Source: Candidatus Kapaibacterium sp. (lineage in GTDB: Bacteria; Bacteroidota; Ignavibacteria; Kapaibacteriales; HRBIN21). From it: 44,878 bases of DNA. Shown here piece after piece: positions 36,497 through 44,656 of this stretch. Below the pieces are notes generated by a model. It was not told the origin of the DNA, ran no database searches, and saw only the letters and a list, made by a program, of their open reading frames with translations. Location: contig JANWXA010000001.1 in NCBI GenBank assembly GCA_025055465.1, positions 1 to 44,878 on the forward strand, in the 5' to 3' direction. The position numbers and the translations under genes were made by a program. Every line of letters starts with the position of its first letter. Positions within the stretch are counted from its first letter, which is position 1.

Positions 36497-37543
36497 ATGC
36501 CAAAGATCATAGTATGCGTAGTAGGACTCAGCACCGTCTGGGCAGGAGCGACGACCCTCCAGCTCCGCACAGGGACTACTGCCGTGCGCGTTGCTGCCGG
36601 CTGGGAGGTCCATGCCCCTGCGGTAGTTCTCAATACGGGAACTGATGCCCTACGGGTTATCGTGGAAATGGATACCAGTGCCATGCCCTACGGCACACTC
36701 CCCTACTTTTGCTGGGGACCGAGCTGTTATGCTCCAGGCGTGCTCCGTTCACCGGATACCGTCACTATCGCACCGGGAGCTGAGGAGCACAGCTTCAAAG
36801 CTTATGTGTACACAGAACCTGGAACGCCGGAAGGACCGGCTATACTTCGCTTCCGCTTCCGGGATGCCCTAACCGATGCAGTTCTTTTGGAGTACTCTAT
36901 TCGGGTTTTCATTGCCCCCCTTGTTTCCGAACAGCAGCTTCTGGCGTGGGCGCACACGGAGCTAAGAGCCCCTCCAGGGGCGGAGGTCGCTGGCGGAGCC
37001 GCCCTATACAATCCTTCATCAACCACGCGTCGGCTTCGTGTCCGCATCGAACCCAATGGTCTTCCCGCCAGCGCAGTCCGATTTTGCCTTGGCGACACCT
37101 GTTATCCAGAGGGCGTGCTGGAAGCCCCGGACACCCTGGTTTTGCAGCCCCGGCACCTCTATGCCCGCTTCCAGTGCTGGATCCAGACAGCCAGCGGATC
37201 GAGCGGCTCCTTGCGAGTCCGGATTACTGAAGCGACTACGAATCACCCCGTTGCCGAGTACAGTCTCAGCCTCAGCCCCCTCGTCCACGTCAATGAACCC
37301 CATGCTATACCACTGTGCACCTTGATGCCCACGGCGCTTCAATCGAGCCCCATCGTCCATCTTCCGCAGGGTACCGTGTTGGAAATTACCAACCTCTTAG
37401 GTGAGTGGGTGCTCCGAGTACCGTTTGAACAGCATACAGCAGCAACTGTTGCTCTGCAGCGCTTGCCGGTGGGAGTCTATGCCTACCGCCTCCGTCGGGG
37501 CACTACCACGGTGTGTACCGGCCTTTTCCTCCAGGCTAATTGA
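36497..37543 (+). CDS. T9SS-sorted secreted protein with an internally duplicated Cys-pair domain
   Basis: The tracked ORF starts inside pth. ATG 36497 gives MPKIIVCVVGLSTVWAGA (signal peptide). Two homologous ~105-aa modules follow (LRVIVE..FCWGPSCYAPGVLRSPDT..LEYSIRV and LRVRIE..FCLGDTCYPEGVLEAPDT..AEYSLSL). The C-terminus GTVLEITNLLGEWVLRV...LPVGVYAYRLRRGTTTVCTGLFLQAN resembles a T9SS sorting domain. Confidence 0.78.
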   Translation: MPKIIVCVVGLSTVWAGATTLQLRTGTTAVRVAAGWEVHAPAVVLNTGTDALRVIVEMDTSAMPYGTLPYFCWGPSCYAPGVLRSPDTVTIAPGAEEHSFKAYVYTEPGTPEGPAILRFRFRDALTDAVLLEYSIRVFIAPLVSEQQLLAWAHTELRAPPGAEVAGGAALYNPSSTTRRLRVRIEPNGLPASAVRFCLGDTCYPEGVLEAPDTLVLQPRHLYARFQCWIQTASGSSGSLRVRITEATTNHPVAEYSLSLSPLVHVNEPHAIPLCTLMPTALQSSPIVHLPQGTVLEITNLLGEWVLRVPFEQHTAATVALQRLPVGVYAYRLRRGTTTVCTGLFLQAN

Positions 37544-37790
37544 GCCAACATGGCGGAACGGAGAGTTCGCTACCGACACGCCCGCGCTGCTGTCCCGAAG
37601 ATAGGAACGTCAGCAGATCCAGATGGAGCACGATCGGCGGAACGGAGCTCGGAAAGGGCGTCCGCCGGTCTACCACCGTCATGGCTACGACCAGTGCTGT
37701 AACCAGCGCCATCCCCTGTTGTCGTAAACGGTGTATTAGGCGCTCCCACATCGCTTCTCCGTTGTCATCTAAACAGGCTCTCTACCATAA

Positions 37791-38417
37791 CTACGAGGAG
37801 ACTTCCCGCTTTTGCCTACGCGCCCTCAGGCTCCACCACACCAGCCATCCGAGTGCAAGCCCCAGCAGCACAAGAGTAATGAGGGTGCCATACAACTGCA
37901 ACCAGTAGGCAATTCCGCGCCAGTTATGCCCAACACTCCAGCCAACCGTGATCAGCAGAGAGTTCCACACCAGCGCGCTGAGACCACACAGAAGTAGCGT
38001 CACCGGAAACGTCAACTTAGACATCCCTGCTACAAAAGAAATGACTGCCCGCGTCCCCGACATGAACCGATTAGCAACGATCACCCAATAGCCATAGCGT
38101 TGAAACCAGCGCTCCACCGTTTGGATTGCCTCCACAGGAAGGAAGCGCCAGCGTCCCACATCCACAACTTTGACCCCGAAGGCATAGCCCAGCCAGAACA
38201 TCGTACTGAATCCAGAAACGCTGCCAACGGTAGCCACCAGCAGCAAGAGTCCAAAATCCACCACCTGTAACCCCACCAGGACCCCGCAAAACAGCAGCAA
38301 CGTATCGCTCGGCGAGGGCGGAAAGAGATTTTCCACAAAGGTAACCGCAAAGGCAAACAACAGGATACCCTCGGGCGGAAGCTGCTGCAAGGTCGTGACC
38401 CACTGCTCCAACATCAT
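37791..38417 (-). CDS. dedA: DedA-family membrane protein
   Basis: 208-aa polytopic ORF with FAVTFVENLFPPSPSDTLLLFCG, RWFQRYGYWVIVANRFMSGTRAVISFVAGM (DedA/SNARE-associated signature). Confidence 0.88.
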   Translation of the reverse strand: MMLEQWVTTLQQLPPEGILLFAFAVTFVENLFPPSPSDTLLLFCGVLVGLQVVDFGLLLLVATVGSVSGFSTMFWLGYAFGVKVVDVGRWRFLPVEAIQTVERWFQRYGYWVIVANRFMSGTRAVISFVAGMSKLTFPVTLLLCGLSALVWNSLLITVGWSVGHNWRGIAYWLQLYGTLITLVLLGLALGWLVWWSLRARRQKREVSS

Positions 38418-38429
38418 AGTCCCGCCACC

Positions 38430-39149
38430 TCACGAGGGATTCGTTGGGCGCAATTCCACCTCACTAACAGTTGCCGTTACCGGCAAAAGTACCGCCGCCA
38501 GCGCTATCTCGGCAATATCGTCCGGTTGTAAAATGCCACTCCGACTTGTACCCGACGCCGTCGGGCCGCTGAATGCCGTCGCAGTAGAGCCAGGGCACAG
38601 GACTACAACACGGATACCATACGACCTCACTTCTTGGAAGAGCGAATCGGCAAAGCCGCGCAGAGCGAACTTCGTAGCGGCATACACGCTTCCACCTTTG
38701 ACGCCATATTTACCTGCCAGCGAAGCAACAAAAAGGAGGGTTCCCTGCCGCCGCTGAAGCATCCGAGGCAGGACCATCTTGGTCAGCAGTATCGGTGCCC
38801 GCACGTTGACCTGCCAGAGCTCTTCTATGCGCTCCAATTCTACTTCCGCCGTGGGGGTAAAGTAACCAATACCGGCGTTGTTGACCAGCACATCCACTGC
38901 CTCCCAGTTCTGGTGAGCGCACTCAACCAGCCGTTCAATGGCAGCGGGCTGGCGTAGATCGGCACAGAGACTGAGGACACGGCTCTGCTCAGACAACTGC
39001 TGAGCCTGTTCAACAACTGCGCGGAGCGCGTCGTCCCGCCGAGCCGTAAGTAACAAATCCGCCCCCTCGCGCGCAAAACGCAACGCAATGGCTCGCCCAA
39101 TCCCCGAACTGGCACCAGTAATCACGCAGAGTTTCCCACTCAAGCGCAT
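38430..39149 (-). CDS. Short-chain dehydrogenase/reductase (classical SDR)
   Basis: The tracked ORF extends to 39251. ATG 39149 gives MRLSGKLCVITGASSGIGRAIALRFA (TGxxxGxG), with NNAG (VLVNNAGIG) and the catalytic YAATK (YxxxK). It lies 12 nt upstream of dedA on the same strand. Confidence 0.9.
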   Translation of the reverse strand: MRLSGKLCVITGASSGIGRAIALRFAREGADLLLTARRDDALRAVVEQAQQLSEQSRVLSLCADLRQPAAIERLVECAHQNWEAVDVLVNNAGIGYFTPTAEVELERIEELWQVNVRAPILLTKMVLPRMLQRRQGTLLFVASLAGKYGVKGGSVYAATKFALRGFADSLFQEVRSYGIRVVVLCPGSTATAFSGPTASGTSRSGILQPDDIAEIALAAVLLPVTATVSEVELRPTNPS

Positions 39150-39224
39150 GGCAACGTTCCTCACCAGAGCTTTGTAATTTGCAACGGCTACGGACGTAGC
39201 ACGCATGATTTTGCATACACGCGT

Positions 39225-39803
39225 ATGGAGCCACGGCAACTGGGGCAGCAACTTCGCCGTCTACGGGAATGGCACGAGCGGACGTTGACCGAAGTAGCTC
39301 GCCAAGTCGGAATCTCCAAGGCTCTGTTATCGCTGGCAGAACAGGGCAAGCGACGGCTCCCGTTCAAGGTGCTCCGTCACCTGCTCAGCCTCTACGGGGC
39401 TTCGTTCGCCATGCTGGGGAGCTCTGTCTGCCCAGTAGCCCGCTCTGCATACGGTGGACAAGTCTGGCAGGGAACAAACCTCTTAGCTGTTGTTACGGAC
39501 CGGTCACTACAAGGGAGCGTCCTGCGCTTGCTACGCCCGGTACAGTCATCCGAGGACGCAGAATGGTTAGAATTATGCCTCCGTGCTGGTTCCCAACTCC
39601 CTCCCGAAGGATACTGGAGCTTCCCCACTCCAACTAATGGTATCGCCATTGACGGCAACCTCCTGGTAGAAATGCCCGGCGATGAATTGCTTATCCGCTC
39701 GGGTGAGAGTTTCCACATCCGTGCCCAACAGCCCCACTGCTACCGCAATTATCTTTCAACGTCTATTCGTGCCCTGCTCGTGCTACAGCACGCCGTCCTG
39801 TAA
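39225..39803 (+). CDS. XRE-family transcriptional regulator with C-terminal cupin domain
   Basis: The N-terminus LGQQLRRLREWHERTLTEVARQVGISKALLSLAEQGKRRL is an HTH_XRE. The C-terminal segment GDELLIRSGESFHIRAQQPHCYRN is cupin-like. It is divergent from the SDR-dedA pair across a 75-nt gap. Confidence 0.8.
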   Translation: MEPRQLGQQLRRLREWHERTLTEVARQVGISKALLSLAEQGKRRLPFKVLRHLLSLYGASFAMLGSSVCPVARSAYGGQVWQGTNLLAVVTDRSLQGSVLRLLRPVQSSEDAEWLELCLRAGSQLPPEGYWSFPTPTNGIAIDGNLLVEMPGDELLIRSGESFHIRAQQPHCYRNYLSTSIRALLVLQHAVL

Positions 39804-40375
39804 TGCCCACATTGAAAACCCACAAGAGTGCCCTTGTCATCATTCCCCCATACAACGTGTGGGAGCCTATTCAGACCCTACGGCAGCGGTACGACCGCAA
39901 AGTACGCCGTTGGATGCCCCATATCACATTGCTGTACCCTTTCTACCCAGTGGGTAGTCTCCCACCGCAATACCCCAAGCTTCAGCAGCTCTGTGCCCGC
40001 TGGCGGCCTTTCCTTATCTGCCTGCGAAGGTTCCAGACCTTCTACCACGGGCAATCCCGCTACACCTTGTGGTTAGCACCAGAACCTGATACGCCTCTCC
40101 GCACACTCCAGCAGGACCTCCAAGAGCTCTTCCCCGAGTGCACAGAGCAGAGTCGTTACTCAACGGGATTTACCCCACACTTGAGTATCGGACAGTACAG
40201 AGGCCCGGCCGACGAAGTCGAACGTCTTCGCGCAGAACTGGAACGCTGGTGGCTGCCAGTCCACTTCCTGGTTGACGCTGTCGTCCTCGTGACCCGCGAC
40301 GATCCACCTAACGACGTCTTTTACCCTGTTAGGACTCTCCCCTTCGGGAACCAGTCTCCGGAGCTCGCATCATGA
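39803..40375 (+). CDS. 2H phosphoesterase superfamily protein (LigT / 2'-5' RNA ligase-like)
   Basis: 190 aa with two H-x-T/S-x motifs at the expected spacing (MPHITLLYPF and FTPHLSIGQY). The start overlaps the regulator stop by 1 nt (TAATG). Confidence 0.72.
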   Translation: MPTLKTHKSALVIIPPYNVWEPIQTLRQRYDRKVRRWMPHITLLYPFYPVGSLPPQYPKLQQLCARWRPFLICLRRFQTFYHGQSRYTLWLAPEPDTPLRTLQQDLQELFPECTEQSRYSTGFTPHLSIGQYRGPADEVERLRAELERWWLPVHFLVDAVVLVTRDDPPNDVFYPVRTLPFGNQSPELAS

Positions 40376-41121
40376 CGCTCCTCTGCCTACTTGCTCTCCA
40401 CGTTACTGCCCTAAGCACCCCGCATACCCTCGTGGGGGGAGGAACAGCAGTGCAGACAATCACTACCATCACCATTCCCGCTGCCGGCATCCTGCCTCGT
40501 GGCACCCTCCTGGCGCGGGCTGGGTTCTTTCCGGAAGGCACAATCAGCGCCGAATGCTTCATTTCGCCCTTACCGCGTTTCCTTGTAGGGCTGAGCTATA
40601 GCGGGCAAAACATCATTGGGAGCGGGAATCCACAGTGGCAGCCCTTCCCGGGTGTTTCTCTGCGCTTCCGTGCTATTGAAGAGACCCCCTGGGTTCCCGC
40701 TCTTGTGTTCGGCATCCACACGCAAGGGTGGGGCAGCTACGACCGACAACAGCAGCGCTTCACTGTCCCAGCAGGTGGCCTTTTCGCCGCTGCCAGCAAA
40801 AGCTACCGCTGGTGGCTGGGTGACATAGCCTGGCACGCTGTGCTCAGTTATCCCCTGGAACTGCCTTCACACCAACGTCGCCCTAATGTAGCGATTGGCT
40901 GGGAGCACTCCCTGGCTCGTTTTGGACAGTTGCTCGTCGAGTACAACACCCTCTGGGGTGATGCCACTCAGAAGTGGCGTGCCGGTCTCTTGAGTTTAGC
41001 TCTCCGCATCGGTCTAAGCCCCACTACAGCGCTGTGTGCACACCTGGTAGACGTACTCCATCACCGGGAGGACTCCACCGGCTGGACACGTGCTTTTATT
41101 GTAGAGTGGCTCATCCAATGA
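40372..41121 (+). CDS. Hypothetical exported protein (beta-rich, possible small outer-membrane barrel)
   Basis: ATGA overlap with the upstream gene. The N-terminal hydrophobic signal is MTLLCLLALHVTALS. Alternating-pattern strands (VGLSYSG, PALVFGIHTQGWG, AWHAVLSYPL, VAIGWEHSL, LLVEYNTLWG) run to a C-terminal RAFIVEWLIQ. I recognise no family. Confidence 0.6.
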   Translation: MTLLCLLALHVTALSTPHTLVGGGTAVQTITTITIPAAGILPRGTLLARAGFFPEGTISAECFISPLPRFLVGLSYSGQNIIGSGNPQWQPFPGVSLRFRAIEETPWVPALVFGIHTQGWGSYDRQQQRFTVPAGGLFAAASKSYRWWLGDIAWHAVLSYPLELPSHQRRPNVAIGWEHSLARFGQLLVEYNTLWGDATQKWRAGLLSLALRIGLSPTTALCAHLVDVLHHREDSTGWTRAFIVEWLIQ

Positions 41122-41729
41122 CTCCAGCAGACTTGCTCCGCCTACCGCGTCCGCTGATTCTGGCATCGCGGTCCCCACGCCGAGCTGAGCTACTGCGCCT
41201 TCTCGGTATCCCCTTTCGCGTGTATCCCGCTCAGCTCGATGAGCCCAGTGGCAGCACTACACAACCCCCCACCGAGTACGTTCTCTCCCTGGCTCGTGCA
41301 AAGGCTCTAACAGTCGCTCGCCTCTGTGCCGAACCGTGCCTCATCATTGGTGCTGACACTACCGTCGTGGCCGACGACACGTGTTGGGGCAAGCCGGCTA
41401 CGGCTGAAGACGCCCGCACGCTACTCGAGCGCCTCAGCGGCCGAACGCACGATGTCTATACCGGGGTTGTATTGCTCCGTGTACCGGAAATGGAGCTGAG
41501 CGGTGGCGTCGCCCGAACAGAGGTAACCTTCCGTCCCCTAAGATCTACGGAAATAGATGCCTATATCGCCACGGGCTCCCCGCTGGATAAGGCTGGAGGT
41601 TACGGAATTCAGGATCCTTTTGGGGCGATCTTCGTGGAAAGTGTTCGCGGCTGCTACTACAACGTCGTCGGCTTGCCCCTCTCCCTTGTCTACGAACTCC
41701 TACGCCAGGCCTGCGATGCAGAACAGTGA
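41118..41729 (+). CDS. maf: Maf-like nucleoside triphosphate pyrophosphatase
   Basis: The tracked ORF starts at 40974, but ATG 41118 (ATGA overlap) gives 203 aa. They read LILASRSPRRAELLRLLGIPF ... IIGADTTV ... GKP ... DKAGGYGIQD ... GCYYNVVGLP, the Maf/YhdE pattern. Confidence 0.9.
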   Translation: MTPADLLRLPRPLILASRSPRRAELLRLLGIPFRVYPAQLDEPSGSTTQPPTEYVLSLARAKALTVARLCAEPCLIIGADTTVVADDTCWGKPATAEDARTLLERLSGRTHDVYTGVVLLRVPEMELSGGVARTEVTFRPLRSTEIDAYIATGSPLDKAGGYGIQDPFGAIFVESVRGCYYNVVGLPLSLVYELLRQACDAEQ

Positions 41730-42615
41730 GCGCGTGTTCCTGCTCGTTTGCCTAGCCCCTTGGATCATAATCTTCTCTGTCTTTTGGATCTACCCACTCT
41801 GTTACGCTCTCGGGATGAGCATGACAGAGTACCATACTCTGAGGGGGCCACAACACTATGTGGGGATAGGAAACTACAGCTCTGTGTTCGCTGACGGTCT
41901 ATTCTGGAAAGCCCTCGGGAATACCGCTCTATTCACTCTCGGGACAGTGCCCATTACAATAGCCTTGTCGCTGGTGTTAGCCATGCTGGTCGAAAGCCGC
42001 ATGGTACGGTGGCGCGCTCTCTGGCATAGTACGCTGCTGCTGCCATCTGTAACGTCGTTGGTTGTGCTGGCACTGATTTTCAGCAATCTGTATGCCCGCA
42101 ATGGTTATGTCAACGCTATTCTGGCATCCCTGGGATTGCCGTATCCTGCAAGGGGCTGGCTTCAAGAGCCTACGACAGCTCTGCCCGCTATCATGCTCTT
42201 GGATATTTGGGCCTCAGTAGGGTACTACACCCTCCTTCTTGTTGCCGGACTGCAGGCAATCCCCCGCGAGTACGAAGACGTTGCTCTCTTAGCCGGCGCC
42301 AGCTTCTGGCAGAGGCTCCGCTGGGTTACCCTACCGCTCCTGCGCCCAATGCTGACCTTCGCGTTGGTCCTCAACACTATCAAGGCCCTCCAAGTGTTCG
42401 TGGAAGTGTATGTCATGACGCGCGGCGGCCCCTTAGGGGCGACCACAACGCTGGTCTACCTGGTCTTCGTCAACGCCTTTGAGTATGTTGACCGCATGGG
42501 CTATGCAGCGGCATTGGCCTATGTCACGTTTGCTCTAATTGGACTTCTGGCTGTCGTCCAACTTCGCCTGATGCGTCGTCAGCGATGGAGCTGGTCCAAC
42601 TCCTCGGCGCCGTAG
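41716..42615 (+). CDS. Carbohydrate-type ABC transporter permease (MalF/UgpA-like), orphan
   Basis: ATG 41716 (14-nt overlap with maf) gives 299 aa with six predicted helices. The EAA loop reads IPREYEDVALLAGASFWQRLRWVTLPLLRP. Confidence 0.85.
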   Translation: MQNSERVFLLVCLAPWIIIFSVFWIYPLCYALGMSMTEYHTLRGPQHYVGIGNYSSVFADGLFWKALGNTALFTLGTVPITIALSLVLAMLVESRMVRWRALWHSTLLLPSVTSLVVLALIFSNLYARNGYVNAILASLGLPYPARGWLQEPTTALPAIMLLDIWASVGYYTLLLVAGLQAIPREYEDVALLAGASFWQRLRWVTLPLLRPMLTFALVLNTIKALQVFVEVYVMTRGGPLGATTTLVYLVFVNAFEYVDRMGYAAALAYVTFALIGLLAVVQLRLMRRQRWSWSNSSAP

Positions 42616-43217
42616 TGGGCGGATACCTCTTAGGCTGCATCCCCAGCGCCTACTGGCTGGTCCGCTGGACCACGGGACAGGATATCCGACGCTGCGGCAC
42701 AGGCAGCGTTGGGGCAGCAAATGCCTACGAGGTTACGGGCAGACCCTGGGTCGGCGTCGTCGTGGCGCTGGCAGATATACTCAAAGGCTACGCTGCGGTC
42801 CAGCTTGCTCATCTCTTGGGTGGGACGGCTGAGTTCCGTGCCCTGGCGACGGCAGCCGTTATGGTCGTTATCGGGCACAACTACAACCTCTTCCTGGGCT
42901 GGGCTGGCGGCCGAGGCTTGGCACCCGCTGCTGGCAGTCTTATTGCCATAAGTTGGCTCCCACTGCTACTGTGGTGCCTCCTGTGGCTGACGGGCTACGC
43001 TGCTATCCGCCGCAATGTGCACGTTGGGAATATGGCGGGGACGATTGGTACGCCAATTCTCATTGCTACGGCCCCCGAGCCCTTAGTGCGTCTCCTCCTC
43101 CAGGTGCCTTGCCCCAGCATACTCCAGCATACTCTTTTCGTGGTAGCGTTAGCCTTCCCTATCTTCCTGCGCCACCTACAGCCTATCCGGGAGCTCTTCC
43201 GACAAGAGGAACCTTGA
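42585..43217 (+). CDS. plsY: Glycerol-3-phosphate acyltransferase PlsY
   Basis: 210-aa membrane ORF with GGYLLGCIPSAYWLVRW, a GTGSVGAANA motif (a variant of GSGNxGATN), DILKGYAAV and IGHNYNLFLGWAGGRG. Confidence 0.88.
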   Translation: MELVQLLGAVVGGYLLGCIPSAYWLVRWTTGQDIRRCGTGSVGAANAYEVTGRPWVGVVVALADILKGYAAVQLAHLLGGTAEFRALATAAVMVVIGHNYNLFLGWAGGRGLAPAAGSLIAISWLPLLLWCLLWLTGYAAIRRNVHVGNMAGTIGTPILIATAPEPLVRLLLQVPCPSILQHTLFVVALAFPIFLRHLQPIRELFRQEEP

Positions 43218-43234
43218 GTTCGGCAGCAGATTTT

Positions 43235-43831
43235 CTACGGGAACTTCACCGTCGGCGCCCCAACGATTCCCCAGACGAGCGAGCTTGTCACCGTCCCAAT
43301 GATGAAGTAGACCACTAAAGCAATGATGAGGCTCACGACGAAGTACCCCAGATGCTTCTCTGCTGGCACCTTTGCCATCACGGGCAGCCCCAGGTAGAGC
43401 ACATACAGCCCGTAGAGACCCAAGATCGCCCCCAGCCAGCCCAGAGCAGGATACAGGCTGAAGATACCTCCGATCCACGCAGGGGTCCACGAGTAGGCCA
43501 CAAGCTGGAGTGCCCGTTCCCAATCGGATTGTGCCCCGAACGATGGTGCCAGCACATTGACAACCGTAGCGACAACCCCCACCCCGATGAGGCTCCCCAA
43601 GAGTCCGGAGACACCTGTCCAAATCCCCCACTCCCAGCCCCCGAAGTGTATTCCCATCACGGAGTACCCTATGGCGCCGTATCCAACCACGCTGCAGCTG
43701 GCCGAGAAGAGAGCCAGCGGGAGGACATACCCAGTCAACAGAGCCAACGGCGCGGGTTCCTCCTGAGCAATGGTGTTCCACTCGTCGCGTGGACGAAGCA
43801 AGATACCCTGAACACGGTTCAACAACACCAT
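43235..43831 (-). CDS. Yip1-family membrane protein
   Basis: The tracked ORF runs to 43870. ATG 43831 gives MVLLNRVQGILLRPRDEWNTIAQEEP, a typical Yip1-domain N-terminus, followed by five hydrophobic helices. Confidence 0.78.
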   Translation of the reverse strand: MVLLNRVQGILLRPRDEWNTIAQEEPAPLALLTGYVLPLALFSASCSVVGYGAIGYSVMGIHFGGWEWGIWTGVSGLLGSLIGVGVVATVVNVLAPSFGAQSDWERALQLVAYSWTPAWIGGIFSLYPALGWLGAILGLYGLYVLYLGLPVMAKVPAEKHLGYFVVSLIIALVVYFIIGTVTSSLVWGIVGAPTVKFP

Positions 43832-43978
43832 GGCGGTCAGATTGGTTGGTGGCACATGTCCAACTGGCACATAACAATTTACCCAAACTCTCTGACCTCA
43901 CGCTCCCCACCACGGCTGATGAGGGCTCCCTATTTTTGCGGCCGTCCGTAGCTGGTTCCAACATACCGAAGGCTTAGG

Positions 43979-44650
43979 ATGCCGAGCACACGTATCACAT
44001 GGCTGGGTCACGCAGCCTTCCAACTGGAAGGGGCAGGCAAGATCGTCCTGATTGACCCCTTCATTACCGGTAACCCCAAAAGCCCTCTGCGCAGCCCTGC
44101 AGATGTCCAGCGGGCAGACGTCGTCTGCGTTTCGCACGAACATGCAGACCACGGCTTCGAAGACGCTGTGGAGATTTGCCGCCGCACGGGTGCGGTCTTT
44201 GTGAGTTTCTTTGACCTGGCGCAAAAGGCGCAGGCCCGTGGGATCTCTGTCGTAGGTGGCAACGTCGGCGGGACAGTGCCCGTCACCGACGGAATCCGCG
44301 TGAGCTTCACCCTGGCTTTCCACGTCGTTCCCGTCGTCGGCTTCGTCGTTCATTTTGATGGTGTCAATGTCTACCACGCTGGGGACACGTGCCTTTTCTC
44401 CGACATGCGCCTCATCGGGGAGAAGTTCCCGCTGGATGTTGCGCTGCTTCACATTGGGGGCTACTTCACGATGGACCCCGCCGATGCTGCTCGGGCGGTA
44501 GAATTCCTGCGTCCCAAAGTTGCCATCCCCATGCACTACGGCACCTTCCCACTGATTGAGCAAGACCCACAGGGATTCGCCCGCCTGGTCGGTGAACGGG
44601 CACGTGTCGTCATCCTGAAGCCTGGCGGAACGTTCGAGTACACGCCCTAA
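43979..44650 (+). CDS. UPF0173-type metal-dependent hydrolase (metallo-beta-lactamase fold)
   Basis: 223 aa with ITWLGHAAFQLEGAGKIVLIDPFITGNP, CVSHEHADH (HxHxDH) and AIPMHYGTFPLI. Confidence 0.88.
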   Translation: MPSTRITWLGHAAFQLEGAGKIVLIDPFITGNPKSPLRSPADVQRADVVCVSHEHADHGFEDAVEICRRTGAVFVSFFDLAQKAQARGISVVGGNVGGTVPVTDGIRVSFTLAFHVVPVVGFVVHFDGVNVYHAGDTCLFSDMRLIGEKFPLDVALLHIGGYFTMDPADAARAVEFLRPKVAIPMHYGTFPLIEQDPQGFARLVGERARVVILKPGGTFEYTP

Positions 44651-44656
44651 GCCGGT

